From a virus (taxonomy: Duplodnaviria; Caudoviricetes): a stretch of 64,000 nt of DNA. Each line of letters starts with the position of its first letter. Position 1 is the first letter of the stretch. The translations under genes were made by a program, and so were the position numbers. This document shows, piece after piece, positions 47,678-57,951 of the stretch. Below the pieces are notes generated by a model. It ran no database searches. It saw only the letters and a list, made by a program, of their open reading frames with translations, and was not told the origin of the DNA. The stretch is from positions 11,233-75,232 of IMG/VR virus record IMGVR_UViG_3300020576_003089; one strand, given 5' to 3'.

Positions 47678-48634
47678 TTAAAAACTTAATTTGGTTCTTA
47701 TAAGTTGTTCTTTGGTAAAGTCTTTTAATAATGGTCTAGACAATTTAGCAACAGCTAATAATTCGTTATTATCATTATATAAACCTACAGATGTAATATA
47801 TGTTTGAGGACTATTTACTAAAGTACTATAAATTATACTTCCATTATCATCTATAATAGATGGATTAGTAGTATAATTAAATTCACTATTTTTTACTCTT
47901 GTAAAGAAATATCGAGATGATACAGTTTCTTGTGATTGTAATGTAAACCCAGCTCCTGCTTTTATAGCATTAAATATTAACTTAGCATTATCCGTTAAAG
48001 TATTACTAGTTCTATTTGGCGTTAAAGTAATTACTGAATCTATTAAAGAACAATCTAATAATATTATATCTAAATCAGGAAATAAATATCCAAATGATGT
48101 ACCTGTTAAAGCACCTGTTTGAACTATGTTATAATATCTATTTTCTCCTATAAAGTTAGTAGTTGAAGTTACAGAACTATCATCTGTTAAAGCTAAACTA
48201 AAGGTAGATGTTAATTGTAATCTTAATGAACCAGGATATATGCTCTCTTTATATCTAGATCTTGAAAAATTTATTACATAAAAATCTTCAGATGTTGTAC
48301 CAGTTCCATTATTAAATACAAAATTTTGTGTTTCTGTACCAAATATTAAATTTCTATATTCACCATATATTACTCTAGAGGGTGAATTAGTTGTTGAAGC
48401 TACAGCATTAATTGCAGCAGAACCTGAACCACTAACATGAGCATATTGTAAGCTAAATTGAATTTCTGAACCTGTTAAAGCAGATCCAGTTTGGTAAACA
48501 TTTACATTATATTCTGTATAAGTAGAAGATGTAAAAAATGTAGTTAATGGATTAACATTATTAGCCCACATAGATGTTACTACTGCTTCTGAACTAACTA
48601 CTGAATCTTCGGGTGTGTATCTTGAAAAACTCAT
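47678..48634 (-). CDS. Baseplate/tail structural protein (paralog)
   Basis: C-terminal TYITSVGLYNDNNELLAVAKLS; Ser/Thr/Gly-rich. Confidence 0.65.
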   Translation of the reverse strand: MSFSRYTPEDSVVSSEAVVTSMWANNVNPLTTFFTSSTYTEYNVNVYQTGSALTGSEIQFSLQYAHVSGSGSAAINAVASTTNSPSRVIYGEYRNLIFGTETQNFVFNNGTGTTSEDFYVINFSRSRYKESIYPGSLRLQLTSTFSLALTDDSSVTSTTNFIGENRYYNIVQTGALTGTSFGYLFPDLDIILLDCSLIDSVITLTPNRTSNTLTDNAKLIFNAIKAGAGFTLQSQETVSSRYFFTRVKNSEFNYTTNPSIIDDNGSIIYSTLVNSPQTYITSVGLYNDNNELLAVAKLSRPLLKDFTKEQLIRTKLSF

Positions 48635-48642
48635 ATTTTTTA

Positions 48643-49302
48643 TTATATTTTTTGAATATTTAAAGGAATGGTGATGCGGGCGCCGCTTGATCTACCTATA
48701 GCTGTAATAGTAGTTGTTAATAATGTACCAGGAGTTAATGAAGGAAACAATGTATCTATTGTAGTACCTGTCAATGTAAATGAAGTTCCTACTGCTGATA
48801 ATGATAATACTGTTCCTGATGTTTGATTTAACCCATCTATAACAGGTAAATTATTTATTCCAGTTCCTGCAAATGTTGATAATAATCTACCATCAGCAGC
48901 TGTTAATATATAACCACTTGATTCATATGTACTTGTTGAACCTAAATAATTTAATGTTTGAGGTGTAATAGTTAATGAAGCACCTTGTTTTAATATTATT
49001 GAAGTATAACCTAAACTAATTACAGGTAATTTACTTGTTCCACGAGGTAAAGTAACTAACTTATAACGCATTATTTGTGATTCATTAGGTATAGCTTCTA
49101 ATATAGGTGTATTTTCTATAGCTTCACCATAATAAGCTGAACCACTTGGGTGTGTTGGATTATATAATGTGTAATCTATTTCATCATCTGCTAATGCAAA
49201 TTGGGTTATACGAAATGATCCATCATTACGAGCTAAAAGTTCACGACCTCTTTTTGTAAGAATAGCGTCTATACTAATAGTTTGATTATTTAAAATTGCC
49301 AT
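48643..49302 (-). CDS. Baseplate wedge / tail-collar-like protein
   Basis: ILTKRGRELLA...ITQFALADDEIDY. Confidence 0.6.
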   Translation of the reverse strand: MAILNNQTISIDAILTKRGRELLARNDGSFRITQFALADDEIDYTLYNPTHPSGSAYYGEAIENTPILEAIPNESQIMRYKLVTLPRGTSKLPVISLGYTSIILKQGASLTITPQTLNYLGSTSTYESSGYILTAADGRLLSTFAGTGINNLPVIDGLNQTSGTVLSLSAVGTSFTLTGTTIDTLFPSLTPGTLLTTTITAIGRSSGARITIPLNIQKI

Positions 49303-49327
49303 GTTGTTTTATATTATTTAAATTAAT

Positions 49328-49561
49328 TTAAGAATAAAATATTGCTGCTCCAGCTGATATAGATGCACTAGTTATAAGCAAATTAATATTTACACCTGAA
49401 CCAAATGTTAAAGGACTAGTACTAGTAGCTAATACGGTACCATTACCATCTTTTAATCCAGTAAATGTAATAGCTTGGGCTACTATACATCCTAAAAACG
49501 AGCCTGTAACTGAACCAGAACCACTTATTGATGTTCCTCCTATTTTATTTATTAAAGCCAT
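49328..49561 (-). CDS. Small virion-like beta protein
   Basis: 77 aa, Gly/Ser/Thr-rich, in baseplate cluster. Confidence 0.55.
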   Translation of the reverse strand: MALINKIGGTSISGSGSVTGSFLGCIVAQAITFTGLKDGNGTVLATSTSPLTFGSGVNINLLITSASISAGAAIFYS

Positions 49562-49619
49562 TTTAATTGTTATTTATATTGATAAATATACGAAACTTAA
49601 ATCTGTTTTCCAAGTTATA

Positions 49620-49904
49620 TTAAACTTTATATTTATTATATAATTCTAACATATTTTTATAAAACTTATATAACTCACTTCCTTTTATATTTTTAATAAC
49701 ATAGGGTATACTAGTGTTGGATTTAGATATATTATTGTTAATTTGAGTAATATAATATAAATCTTTTAATTTATTATACCCTATAGTACCCCTATAAAAT
49801 CCTCTATTATTTATAATTGTTTCATATAATTTTAAAGCTTTATTAATATTATAAATAGGTTCATTTATATCCAATTCATTAATTAATTGTGTTAGTTTTA
49901 TCAT
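49620..49904 (-). CDS. LNE-leader cassette protein
   Basis: MIKLTQLINELDINEP. Confidence 0.75.
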   Translation of the reverse strand: MIKLTQLINELDINEPIYNINKALKLYETIINNRGFYRGTIGYNKLKDLYYITQINNNISKSNTSIPYVIKNIKGSELYKFYKNMLELYNKYKV

Positions 49905-52900
49905 ATTAGATTTTGAGATTTAAGATTTTTAATAATATCACCTGATTTAACTTTTAATTTTTCATTAACATATTGTGGATATACTATACCTTGATTTTCT
50001 GAATCTGAGAAATTAGTAGATTTTAATAATATAGATGTTTCATCTGGTACTATTTTTTGTACAGCATAATATGGTATGTATTTTTTATCATCTGTATTAT
50101 AAGGTAAACCTGTAGTAAAATTAGGTAAATCTTGATCAACAACTATAGTTAAATAATTATCACCTAAAAAAGGTGTAAAATATACATTTATTATATTATA
50201 TTCTTTAAATATGTATGTTCTATCATGATATTGAGTATTTGCAGATAATCCAATAGCATAATCAATAGGATATACTAAAAATTTATCTCCTTTATCTATT
50301 GTAAAATTAGTATAATTAATATCAAATACATTTGTATTTAAATTAGTATTATATCTAAATGTTCCATAATTATCTGATATAAGTTTAGGAAACACTACTA
50401 TTCTATTAGAACCTGCTGCTTTCCAAGGTAATGAACCTGAATTTTGATAATAATTAGTAAACCCATTAGGAAATAACCATTCTTCACCGGTAGCATATCC
50501 AGTTGACATATATATAGAACCACCATGTTTACAATAATTTGTTTCATGTGTTCCTTGTAAACTAAAACTAGAAGAATCAATATTTAAACCAAATATTGGA
50601 TGAGGACTACCTCCTAATACAAAATCATATGATGCAACTGCATATGAAGATGGTCCAGGTGAACTAGCACTTATTTGAATATTAGCTAATAATTCAGAAT
50701 TACCATTTACTAATTTATGATATTTTGTAGTAGGATAAACTGAATGAGATACAAATACAAATAAATTTGATGTTACTACATAAGGTAGTAAATCATTAGT
50801 TATACTACTACCTGTAATAGAATGTAATACTCCATTTTGATATATAGTATATGAAGCAAGATATATTCCTGTTATACTAGCGGAAGTTATTAAATCATAT
50901 GATGCACTAACTATAGTATCACTAGCATTTGGTAATTCAAAATTCTGATAACCTGAACTACCTAAATTATACAATACTGTATCTATACCATATCCTCCTT
51001 TATATATTTCTATATTAGTATTACTAGGTTTAATTGAACCTGAACTATCAAAATAAGATATAGTAATATTTTCTCCAGATTTAAAAATATTTTGTATATC
51101 AACAATATTATTATTTTGATTATTTAAATCTAAAACATTATTTTGTTCATTAATTAAATATTTTAATTTTAATTGAGAGACATTAGCTAATAATAATGAA
51201 GATTGTTTAATATTAGTAAAATATGAAACATTATTTTTAATAATATCTATTGTAGATGATTTACCAAATGAAGTATCTCCATCTGTATATGTATTATATA
51301 AGGCACTAATTAATTTAGTTCCATTATATCTAGATCTATTTAAACCTGTATCATAATAATTCGAATCTTGTATTTCAGTTGGTACTAATATATTTTGAGA
51401 TGAATATGGTTGTATTTCTATTTTTCTTCTAACATTAGATAATCTACTAGCTGATATATTATTTAATAATACGTTATAATCAGAATGTTGGAATAAAGAT
51501 AAATTTAAAGAACTTGATAAAGCGTAAGGATTAAAATTATTGGGGATAAAAAATTCACCATATAAATCTTTATTACTACCTGATATTTCACCATTATAAT
51601 ATGGTTCTTTAGTATTTTGTAAATAATAATAAAAATTATCATAATCACTATTTAATGAAGCTGTACTATATGATGCTTCATACATAGTTTGATTATCAAT
51701 GTTTGGAAGATTTCTTTTCCATTTTATTCTTTCTAAAGCTTGTTGTTTTATAATAATACCCTCACTTAAATTAGATTTAAATGGTAAATAATCTTTTACC
51801 ATTTTAAATAAAGTATTATCAAAACATTGAGATAATTCTATAAATCCTCTTATATCATACTTAGTTGTAAAACTAGATGATATAGCTGATGCTCTTATTT
51901 GATCTAAAGAATAATATGAACTTGATATTTCATATCTAGGATCTCCCAAATAATCATCAATACTAAAATTAGGATTAGAAGATGTAATTGAAGCTGAAAT
52001 TATTAAATCTATAGGATATTGAGGTGAAAATGCTATATCTACTCTGCTATCATCATTTTTATAATTTTCATATACATCGTCTGCTAATTTAATTTTTGGG
52101 TGTAATATAGACCCATAACTAGCTGTATATACAGAATTATCAATAATTCTTATTTTATTTGAACTATAATCTAATAATGATGCTTCAGTATTTGAATTAC
52201 CTCCGTATTCTTTAATATTTAAAATACTACCTGTAATGCCAAAAGTTGTAATTAATTCTTGAATAGTTTTATATGAACCCTTCCCTTTAAATAATAGTGG
52301 AATATTATGATATATTCTTTTATACAACTCAGCAATTAATTGTTGAGATGATAAAACTCCATTATTACCAATAATATAATTATATAAATCATCATCTTCC
52401 TTTGTATTATATAATTTAATACCTAGGTCTTGTAAAGCAAAAAATACTAAATCTTTTGAAATACCATTATCAACATTATTATAACTTTTGTAATAATCAG
52501 TAATTGATTTTATATAAATCCAAATATTATCAAAATAATGACCTATCATATCAATAAAATTAATATATGGTTCATTATTTTCATCTATTGCAATGTATTC
52601 AGGAATAGCATCTGATAATTTATTAGGATTATTATTATCATAATATATAGATGAATCAATACTACTTGAAAACCATGTTAATGTATTTATTGAACCTGTA
52701 GATTCTAAAACATATGGTGGATTTATATTAGATTTAGGCCATGTTGATGAACCTGAATTAAAATATAAATAATTTTCATATCCATCAAATTTAATTATAA
52801 TATCATTAATACTAGATGAATATTGACCTACTTGTACTAATATATTTGGTTGGATACTTCCACTATATTGAGTTATAAATGTATTATAATCTTCAATTTG

Positions 52901-53815
52901 TTTAATTTTATTATAAAAATTATTTAAACGTTTTTCAGCAGAACTAAATCTAATAAAATTTTCATAACTACTACTATAATTAACATTTATTTCTATTTCA
53001 GCTAAATTTATTTTATTTAAAATAGATTGAATAGATGAACCACTATAATTAGATAATAATGAGTTAGTAGATTCATACTTAGTAGGAGTAGTATTTTTTA
53101 TATCTAATTCAAGGTCAAAATTAGGACCTCTTAAGTTAGGTAAAGGATCAGCTAAAGTTTCACTAGTTAATATTAAATCAAAAATTGTAGAATTTGATAT
53201 TTCTTCTACAATACATAATGTACTATTTATATTTATATCATTAGATAAAGGTTCATATAATTTTACTAATATAAATCCATTATCCCAAGCAATATTTGTT
53301 ATTAATTTTACATTATTATTACCAAAATTTAATAAATATGGTTTTAAATAAGGTACTAAATTTTTATCATTATTTAATTTATTAAATTGATCTTGTAAAT
53401 TATTTATATTAACAGAAGATATTTTTAATTCAGTTCTGTCAGGTGATATTTCTTTTATAAATAATTCTAAATCTTGAGGATTTGAAATCCATTTTTTAAA
53501 AAAATTATATTGAGTTTTAAATTCACCAATTTCATAATATTGTTGTAAATCAAATAATGGATTTATTTCTAATGTTGAATATGTAGAATTATTGTTTAAT
53601 GAAGAACCTTGAGATGGTAACTTATATAAATTATAATTATAATCTAAATTTAATAAATTTAAAGCAGCATCATATATAATATATTCAATATAATCTACAT
53701 TTGGATTAAAATTATTAATTACATTTTGAGTACCAATTAGTAATACATCATTTTGATTAAAACGATTTATATCATTTGATAATTCTATATTTCCTTTAAA
53801 TATTATTTGTGGCAT
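49901..53815 (-). CDS. Large baseplate wedge protein (gp7/P2 gpI-like domain)
   Basis: 1304 aa; FIDMIGHYFD...RIYHNIPLLFKGKGS...ELITTFGI...IKEYGG. Confidence 0.65.
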   Translation of the reverse strand: MPQIIFKGNIELSNDINRFNQNDVLLIGTQNVINNFNPNVDYIEYIIYDAALNLLNLDYNYNLYKLPSQGSSLNNNSTYSTLEINPLFDLQQYYEIGEFKTQYNFFKKWISNPQDLELFIKEISPDRTELKISSVNINNLQDQFNKLNNDKNLVPYLKPYLLNFGNNNVKLITNIAWDNGFILVKLYEPLSNDININSTLCIVEEISNSTIFDLILTSETLADPLPNLRGPNFDLELDIKNTTPTKYESTNSLLSNYSGSSIQSILNKINLAEIEINVNYSSSYENFIRFSSAEKRLNNFYNKIKQIEDYNTFITQYSGSIQPNILVQVGQYSSSINDIIIKFDGYENYLYFNSGSSTWPKSNINPPYVLESTGSINTLTWFSSSIDSSIYYDNNNPNKLSDAIPEYIAIDENNEPYINFIDMIGHYFDNIWIYIKSITDYYKSYNNVDNGISKDLVFFALQDLGIKLYNTKEDDDLYNYIIGNNGVLSSQQLIAELYKRIYHNIPLLFKGKGSYKTIQELITTFGITGSILNIKEYGGNSNTEASLLDYSSNKIRIIDNSVYTASYGSILHPKIKLADDVYENYKNDDSRVDIAFSPQYPIDLIISASITSSNPNFSIDDYLGDPRYEISSSYYSLDQIRASAISSSFTTKYDIRGFIELSQCFDNTLFKMVKDYLPFKSNLSEGIIIKQQALERIKWKRNLPNIDNQTMYEASYSTASLNSDYDNFYYYLQNTKEPYYNGEISGSNKDLYGEFFIPNNFNPYALSSSLNLSLFQHSDYNVLLNNISASRLSNVRRKIEIQPYSSQNILVPTEIQDSNYYDTGLNRSRYNGTKLISALYNTYTDGDTSFGKSSTIDIIKNNVSYFTNIKQSSLLLANVSQLKLKYLINEQNNVLDLNNQNNNIVDIQNIFKSGENITISYFDSSGSIKPSNTNIEIYKGGYGIDTVLYNLGSSGYQNFELPNASDTIVSASYDLITSASITGIYLASYTIYQNGVLHSITGSSITNDLLPYVVTSNLFVFVSHSVYPTTKYHKLVNGNSELLANIQISASSPGPSSYAVASYDFVLGGSPHPIFGLNIDSSSFSLQGTHETNYCKHGGSIYMSTGYATGEEWLFPNGFTNYYQNSGSLPWKAAGSNRIVVFPKLISDNYGTFRYNTNLNTNVFDINYTNFTIDKGDKFLVYPIDYAIGLSANTQYHDRTYIFKEYNIINVYFTPFLGDNYLTIVVDQDLPNFTTGLPYNTDDKKYIPYYAVQKIVPDETSILLKSTNFSDSENQGIVYPQYVNEKLKVKSGDIIKNLKSQNLI

Positions 53816-54368
53816 ATTTTTTAACTAATTGTTTCATTTCATTATATAATTTGTTTAAATCTGATTGAGATAATTTTTGGTAATCATCTTTATACTTTGG
53901 GTTAGAAATATTATATTTATTTCTTATTTTTACATATCCTTCCCAACCTTTAGTACTTACACCAAATTCATTGTAATTATCCCAAATGTTTTGGATAAAA
54001 TAATCATATACTTCTTCAGCAGTTTTATTAGGATTATCAATTTCTAATTCAGCTAATACATCATCATCATTATCTGGATTGTATGGTAAATTGTATTTTT
54101 TAACTAATTGTTTTAATTCTCTATAAAATTTATTTAAATCGGGTTGAGATAATTTTTTAAAATTAGTTTTATCAAGACCATAGAACCATTGTTTTTGTGA
54201 ATAATAATTTTCAATCTTTTCATATTCTTCCCAACCTTTACTACCAGCACCAAATTCATTGTCATTATACAATATATTATTTCTATAATAATCATATACT
54301 TCTTCCCAAGATGGATTAGGATTGTTTATCTCAAGTTCGTTGATTATATTTAATAGTTTAATTTGCAT
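53796..54368 (-). CDS. LNE-leader protein with two tandem paralogous SQxDL modules
   Basis: IINELEINNP and LAELEIDNP, each followed by EEVYDY...KGWE.Y...LSQ.DLNK.Y.E.KQLVKKY. Confidence 0.8.
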   Translation of the reverse strand: MQIKLLNIINELEINNPNPSWEEVYDYYRNNILYNDNEFGAGSKGWEEYEKIENYYSQKQWFYGLDKTNFKKLSQPDLNKFYRELKQLVKKYNLPYNPDNDDDVLAELEIDNPNKTAEEVYDYFIQNIWDNYNEFGVSTKGWEGYVKIRNKYNISNPKYKDDYQKLSQSDLNKLYNEMKQLVKKYATNNI

Positions 54369-54705
54369 TTTTTACTTCGGTATTTAAATCAGATAATGTT
54401 TTTGCATCTTCTAACATTTGAATTTTAAGACTTGTTATTTCATCTAATAATGCTTGAACAGATTCATCATCTGCTAATTTAACTCCTAGATATTCTATAG
54501 TTTTATTTAAAATATAATTATGTGAATTAGTATCTCCTTCTTTTTGAATTTGATAAAATAATTCATCATAATATTCAAAAAATTTATCTATTGTAATAAT
54601 ATTAACATCTTGAATATTTTGTTGATTAAATGTTTTAAATTCAGTATCAATTACTTTAGAGTAATTATTTCCTAATGTTTGTGTTTGTATTTTAATGTTA
54701 CTCAT
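54358..54705 (-). CDS. Hypothetical structural protein
   Basis: 115 aa in baseplate cluster. Confidence 0.55.
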   Translation of the reverse strand: MSNIKIQTQTLGNNYSKVIDTEFKTFNQQNIQDVNIITIDKFFEYYDELFYQIQKEGDTNSHNYILNKTIEYLGVKLADDESVQALLDEITSLKIQMLEDAKTLSDLNTEVKNAN

Positions 54706-55012
54706 ATTGTTTTCTTAATTTAAGTAATTTTAACATTTGTGTATAAAGTGGAGTTACATCTTTTATAGGATAAATTGAAAAATCACCATTAAAATAAAGT
54801 CTATTAAATTTATATTGATTATGAAATGTATAAAGGTCCTGTATAAATTCATTATATAAAAAAATCCATTCATTTCTTTGATCATTATTCCATCCTCCAC
54901 CAATATCAAAATTACTTCTTTTAGTTAATTCTTTCCAAGCTTTATTAATAATTTTATAATTTATAGGATTATTAATTTCCAACTCATTAATTAATTGTGT
55001 TAATTTTATCAT
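54698..55012 (-). CDS. LNE-leader cassette protein
   Basis: MIKLTQLINELEINNP. Confidence 0.75.
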   Translation of the reverse strand: MIKLTQLINELEINNPINYKIINKAWKELTKRSNFDIGGGWNNDQRNEWIFLYNEFIQDLYTFHNQYKFNRLYFNGDFSIYPIKDVTPLYTQMLKLLKLRKQYE

Positions 55013-56178
55013 CTAACTACTTTGAATATGTTGTTATTGTCAAATACTATTGTTTCTCCATTTATTATTACTTTGATTAATATCTTATAATATCTCTCAG
55101 GCTCAAGTCCTGAGCAATACACATCAAAATAATTTTCATCAGTTACACTTATTCTTGTATAAGAAGTATCATAATCTATAACCATTTCTTCAGTATTATA
55201 ATCTTTTATAGCCCAATAAGAAGATGTAGGTAATAATTTATTATTTAAATATACAGAAGATGTTTGAAAAGACCTAATGGGATATTTATCTCTAACATTA
55301 ACTTTAAAACGTTGAACTGAATCTTGTTGATATTCACCTTTATTATTAGATATATTAACAACTACGTTGCTACCAGTAATTACAGAGCCTGTATTTGGGT
55401 TGTAAATAACATCAACCCATCTTATTTCTAAACATGGTGGGTATATCGTATGAGTATTAGATGTAAAATAGTTGGTTTCATATGTAGAACCACTTGTAAA
55501 TTCAACTTTTTGTTTCAATAAAGTACCTTGATTTTCATATAAATTACTTAACCATGATTTAACTTGATGAGTTATATTTAATTCTATATCTTTAGAATCT
55601 GAATGTGTAAATGATTGAGAAGTTGCAAAATATATTGCTCCTGTAGCCCAATTAAAGTGATCCCACCATGTTCCTCCTCCAGCAGTAGAACCTGTTTGAT
55701 ATGATGAACTAGGATATAAATAGTCATTAGGACCAACCTGTACTGAATTGTAAAAGGGCGGTGTGTACCATAATGAACCACTTAAATTATCTCTCCATTT
55801 CCAACTAACTCCATTAGTTGTTTCAGGGTCATTTGCTAATCTACCAGTACCCATTTCCCAACTCGATGATATTGGATAACATATTACATCATATTCCAAT
55901 GGTATTTCAGATGCTTTAGCTAAATATAATTTTAAATAAGCTGAATATGGGATATTACTTAAACTAGCACTAATGCTACCACTTGCTATATTATTTGATC
56001 TAAATAGTGTTTGAATTTCATTTAAGTCAAACTTTACTAATGTTCTAGATACTTCATATGTGTCATCTACTGAATGATATAGACTAATATCCGTTATTTC
56101 ATCTAATCCTGTATTTTTATCAGGATAATATGAATATAATGTTGATGTTTTAGTTGGGAAGAATTTATATATAGCCAT
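55009..56178 (-). CDS. Virion structural protein (DNRLRE-like beta domain)
   Basis: STLYS..PDKNTGLDE...SRTLVKFDL...AYLKLY...W..GTG. Confidence 0.55.
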   Translation of the reverse strand: MAIYKFFPTKTSTLYSYYPDKNTGLDEITDISLYHSVDDTYEVSRTLVKFDLNEIQTLFRSNNIASGSISASLSNIPYSAYLKLYLAKASEIPLEYDVICYPISSSWEMGTGRLANDPETTNGVSWKWRDNLSGSLWYTPPFYNSVQVGPNDYLYPSSSYQTGSTAGGGTWWDHFNWATGAIYFATSQSFTHSDSKDIELNITHQVKSWLSNLYENQGTLLKQKVEFTSGSTYETNYFTSNTHTIYPPCLEIRWVDVIYNPNTGSVITGSNVVVNISNNKGEYQQDSVQRFKVNVRDKYPIRSFQTSSVYLNNKLLPTSSYWAIKDYNTEEMVIDYDTSYTRISVTDENYFDVYCSGLEPERYYKILIKVIINGETIVFDNNNIFKVVR

Positions 56179-56207
56179 AATAATATGTATGTTAATACAT
56201 ATAAATA

Positions 56208-56606
56208 TTAAAACTTATGGCTATTTAAAGCTAAATCTTCACATTCTTCTTCTGTTAAACCCCATACATCACCTTCATCATAAATATAATCGGTATCAAA
56301 TAATGCTGTAACGAATGAACCAGATGATCCGTATGGTAAATCCTCTTTATCTATACCTTTAATCCAATTCTTAAAATTAGACCAATTCATAAATTCTTCA
56401 TTTGCTTTACCCAATTTACTAAGTTCTTTAATTATTATATCAGCTAAACCATTGAAATATTTTTTAGCATATCTTTGTTGAATTAATGGATCTAATTTAT
56501 TTAAAATATGGTAATAGTTTTTAACATATTTAATAAACCCTTCTTTAGTGGGTTCGTTTGGATTTTTTACTTCTAACTCATTTAATAATTGTAATAGTTT
56601 AATCAT
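56208..56606 (-). CDS. LNE-leader cassette protein
   Basis: MIKLLQLLNELEVKNP. Confidence 0.75.
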   Translation of the reverse strand: MIKLLQLLNELEVKNPNEPTKEGFIKYVKNYYHILNKLDPLIQQRYAKKYFNGLADIIIKELSKLGKANEEFMNWSNFKNWIKGIDKEDLPYGSSGSFVTALFDTDYIYDEGDVWGLTEEECEDLALNSHKF

Positions 56607-57133
56607 TAAGATATAAATAATTGTGCTTCTGCCTTACGTCTACGTACTAAACCATTTAAAACTTTACCACCACCTTTAATAACTGATGATTTCCAATACT
56701 CCACCAATTTATTTTCTGGCATTAAATTAGATAAATATTTACGAATATTTTCAAATATTTTATATGGAGGTTTACCTGTACCACAGTTATAAACAAATGA
56801 AACTAATGCTCCTTGTTGGTTTTCATTTAATTTATTCCAATATACTTCAATTAATGTATTTTTAGCTATATTACCATATTTAACTAAATCTTCACTTAAT
56901 GCAACGGTAGCTTCAGCTTCGGTTTTTATTGTTCTAATTGAATTAGCATAAGCTTCATTTTTTGAACCTTTTAAAAATTGTTTTGTTCTAGGATCAATCA
57001 TGGCACGACCATAACCTTCTGTCCATATTCCAATTGGGTCTAATTTTGGTTGTAATCCTACTTGTTTTAAATCTCCATCATGTAATGATTCAAATGATTT
57101 GATTAAGTCTAATGTTGCTTTGTTGAATATCAT
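56606..57133 (-). CDS. GH24 phage lysozyme
   Basis: LIKSFES...DPIGIWTEGYG...ALVSFVYNCG...LVRRRKAE. Confidence 0.92.
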   Translation of the reverse strand: MIFNKATLDLIKSFESLHDGDLKQVGLQPKLDPIGIWTEGYGRAMIDPRTKQFLKGSKNEAYANSIRTIKTEAEATVALSEDLVKYGNIAKNTLIEVYWNKLNENQQGALVSFVYNCGTGKPPYKIFENIRKYLSNLMPENKLVEYWKSSVIKGGGKVLNGLVRRRKAEAQLFIS

Positions 57134-57170
57134 AATTATTGTTTTTAATAAATATTAAGAAGATATTAGT

Positions 57171-57473
57171 TTAATCATTTTCAATTAAATTTTGTCTAAT
57201 AAGATTAATATGAGCTCCTAATTCTTTTATATCTTTAACAGTTTGTGCTAAGTCTTTAGTTATTTTTTTAGCTAAGTTTTTAACATGTTCATTAGATGCT
57301 CCTTTAAATTTAGTCATATTACTATATACCTTATATATATTATTCATGTCTTTATTAAAACTTTCCATGTTGTATACTGTATTGGAAATTTTACCAGTAA
57401 TTGGGTCTACTTCATCAGGACCTAAAACATGTCCTTGTTTTATAAAATCATCTATGTTTAATTTATTTGCCAT
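57171..57473 (-). CDS. Hypothetical protein
   Basis: 100-aa ORF; ends LIEND. Confidence 0.6.
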   Translation of the reverse strand: MANKLNIDDFIKQGHVLGPDEVDPITGKISNTVYNMESFNKDMNNIYKVYSNMTKFKGASNEHVKNLAKKITKDLAQTVKDIKELGAHINLIRQNLIEND

Positions 57474-57951
57474 ATGTATCTAATTGTTTTAATTCTTTAT
57501 ATAATTTATTTAAGTCTTGTTGGGATAAATTCTTTACAAATGATGGTATACTTCCACCCTTAAGATTATACTTAAGATTATATTTTGGATCGTTATCATA
57601 TTTTTTAAATACTTTTTCATATAATTCATCCCAATGATAATCCTGTCTTAAATAACAATACATAGCCCAAACTCTCTTCCAATCTTTGTTTGGATTTTCA
57701 ACTTCTAATTCATTAATTTCTTCTTTATAAGGTTTAATCCATTTATTTTTTAAATAATATTTTTTGTTTACACCTATATTTCCTGTATTTGTTTTAAAAT
57801 ATATACTCCCAGTATTCGAATATTCATTTTCAAATTCTAGAATTTCCCATTTATTCCATGTATCATTCCATACTTTATATTTATTACCTGGTATTAATTT
57901 ATTTGGTTCGTTTATACCCAATTCATTAAGTAATTGTGTTAATTTAATCAT
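57463..57951 (-). CDS. LNE-leader protein with two modules
   Basis: MIKLTQLLNELGINEP (start moved to 57951); INELEVENP; second module ends LSQQDLNKLYKELKQL. Confidence 0.8.
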   Translation of the reverse strand: MIKLTQLLNELGINEPNKLIPGNKYKVWNDTWNKWEILEFENEYSNTGSIYFKTNTGNIGVNKKYYLKNKWIKPYKEEINELEVENPNKDWKRVWAMYCYLRQDYHWDELYEKVFKKYDNDPKYNLKYNLKGGSIPSFVKNLSQQDLNKLYKELKQLDTYGK

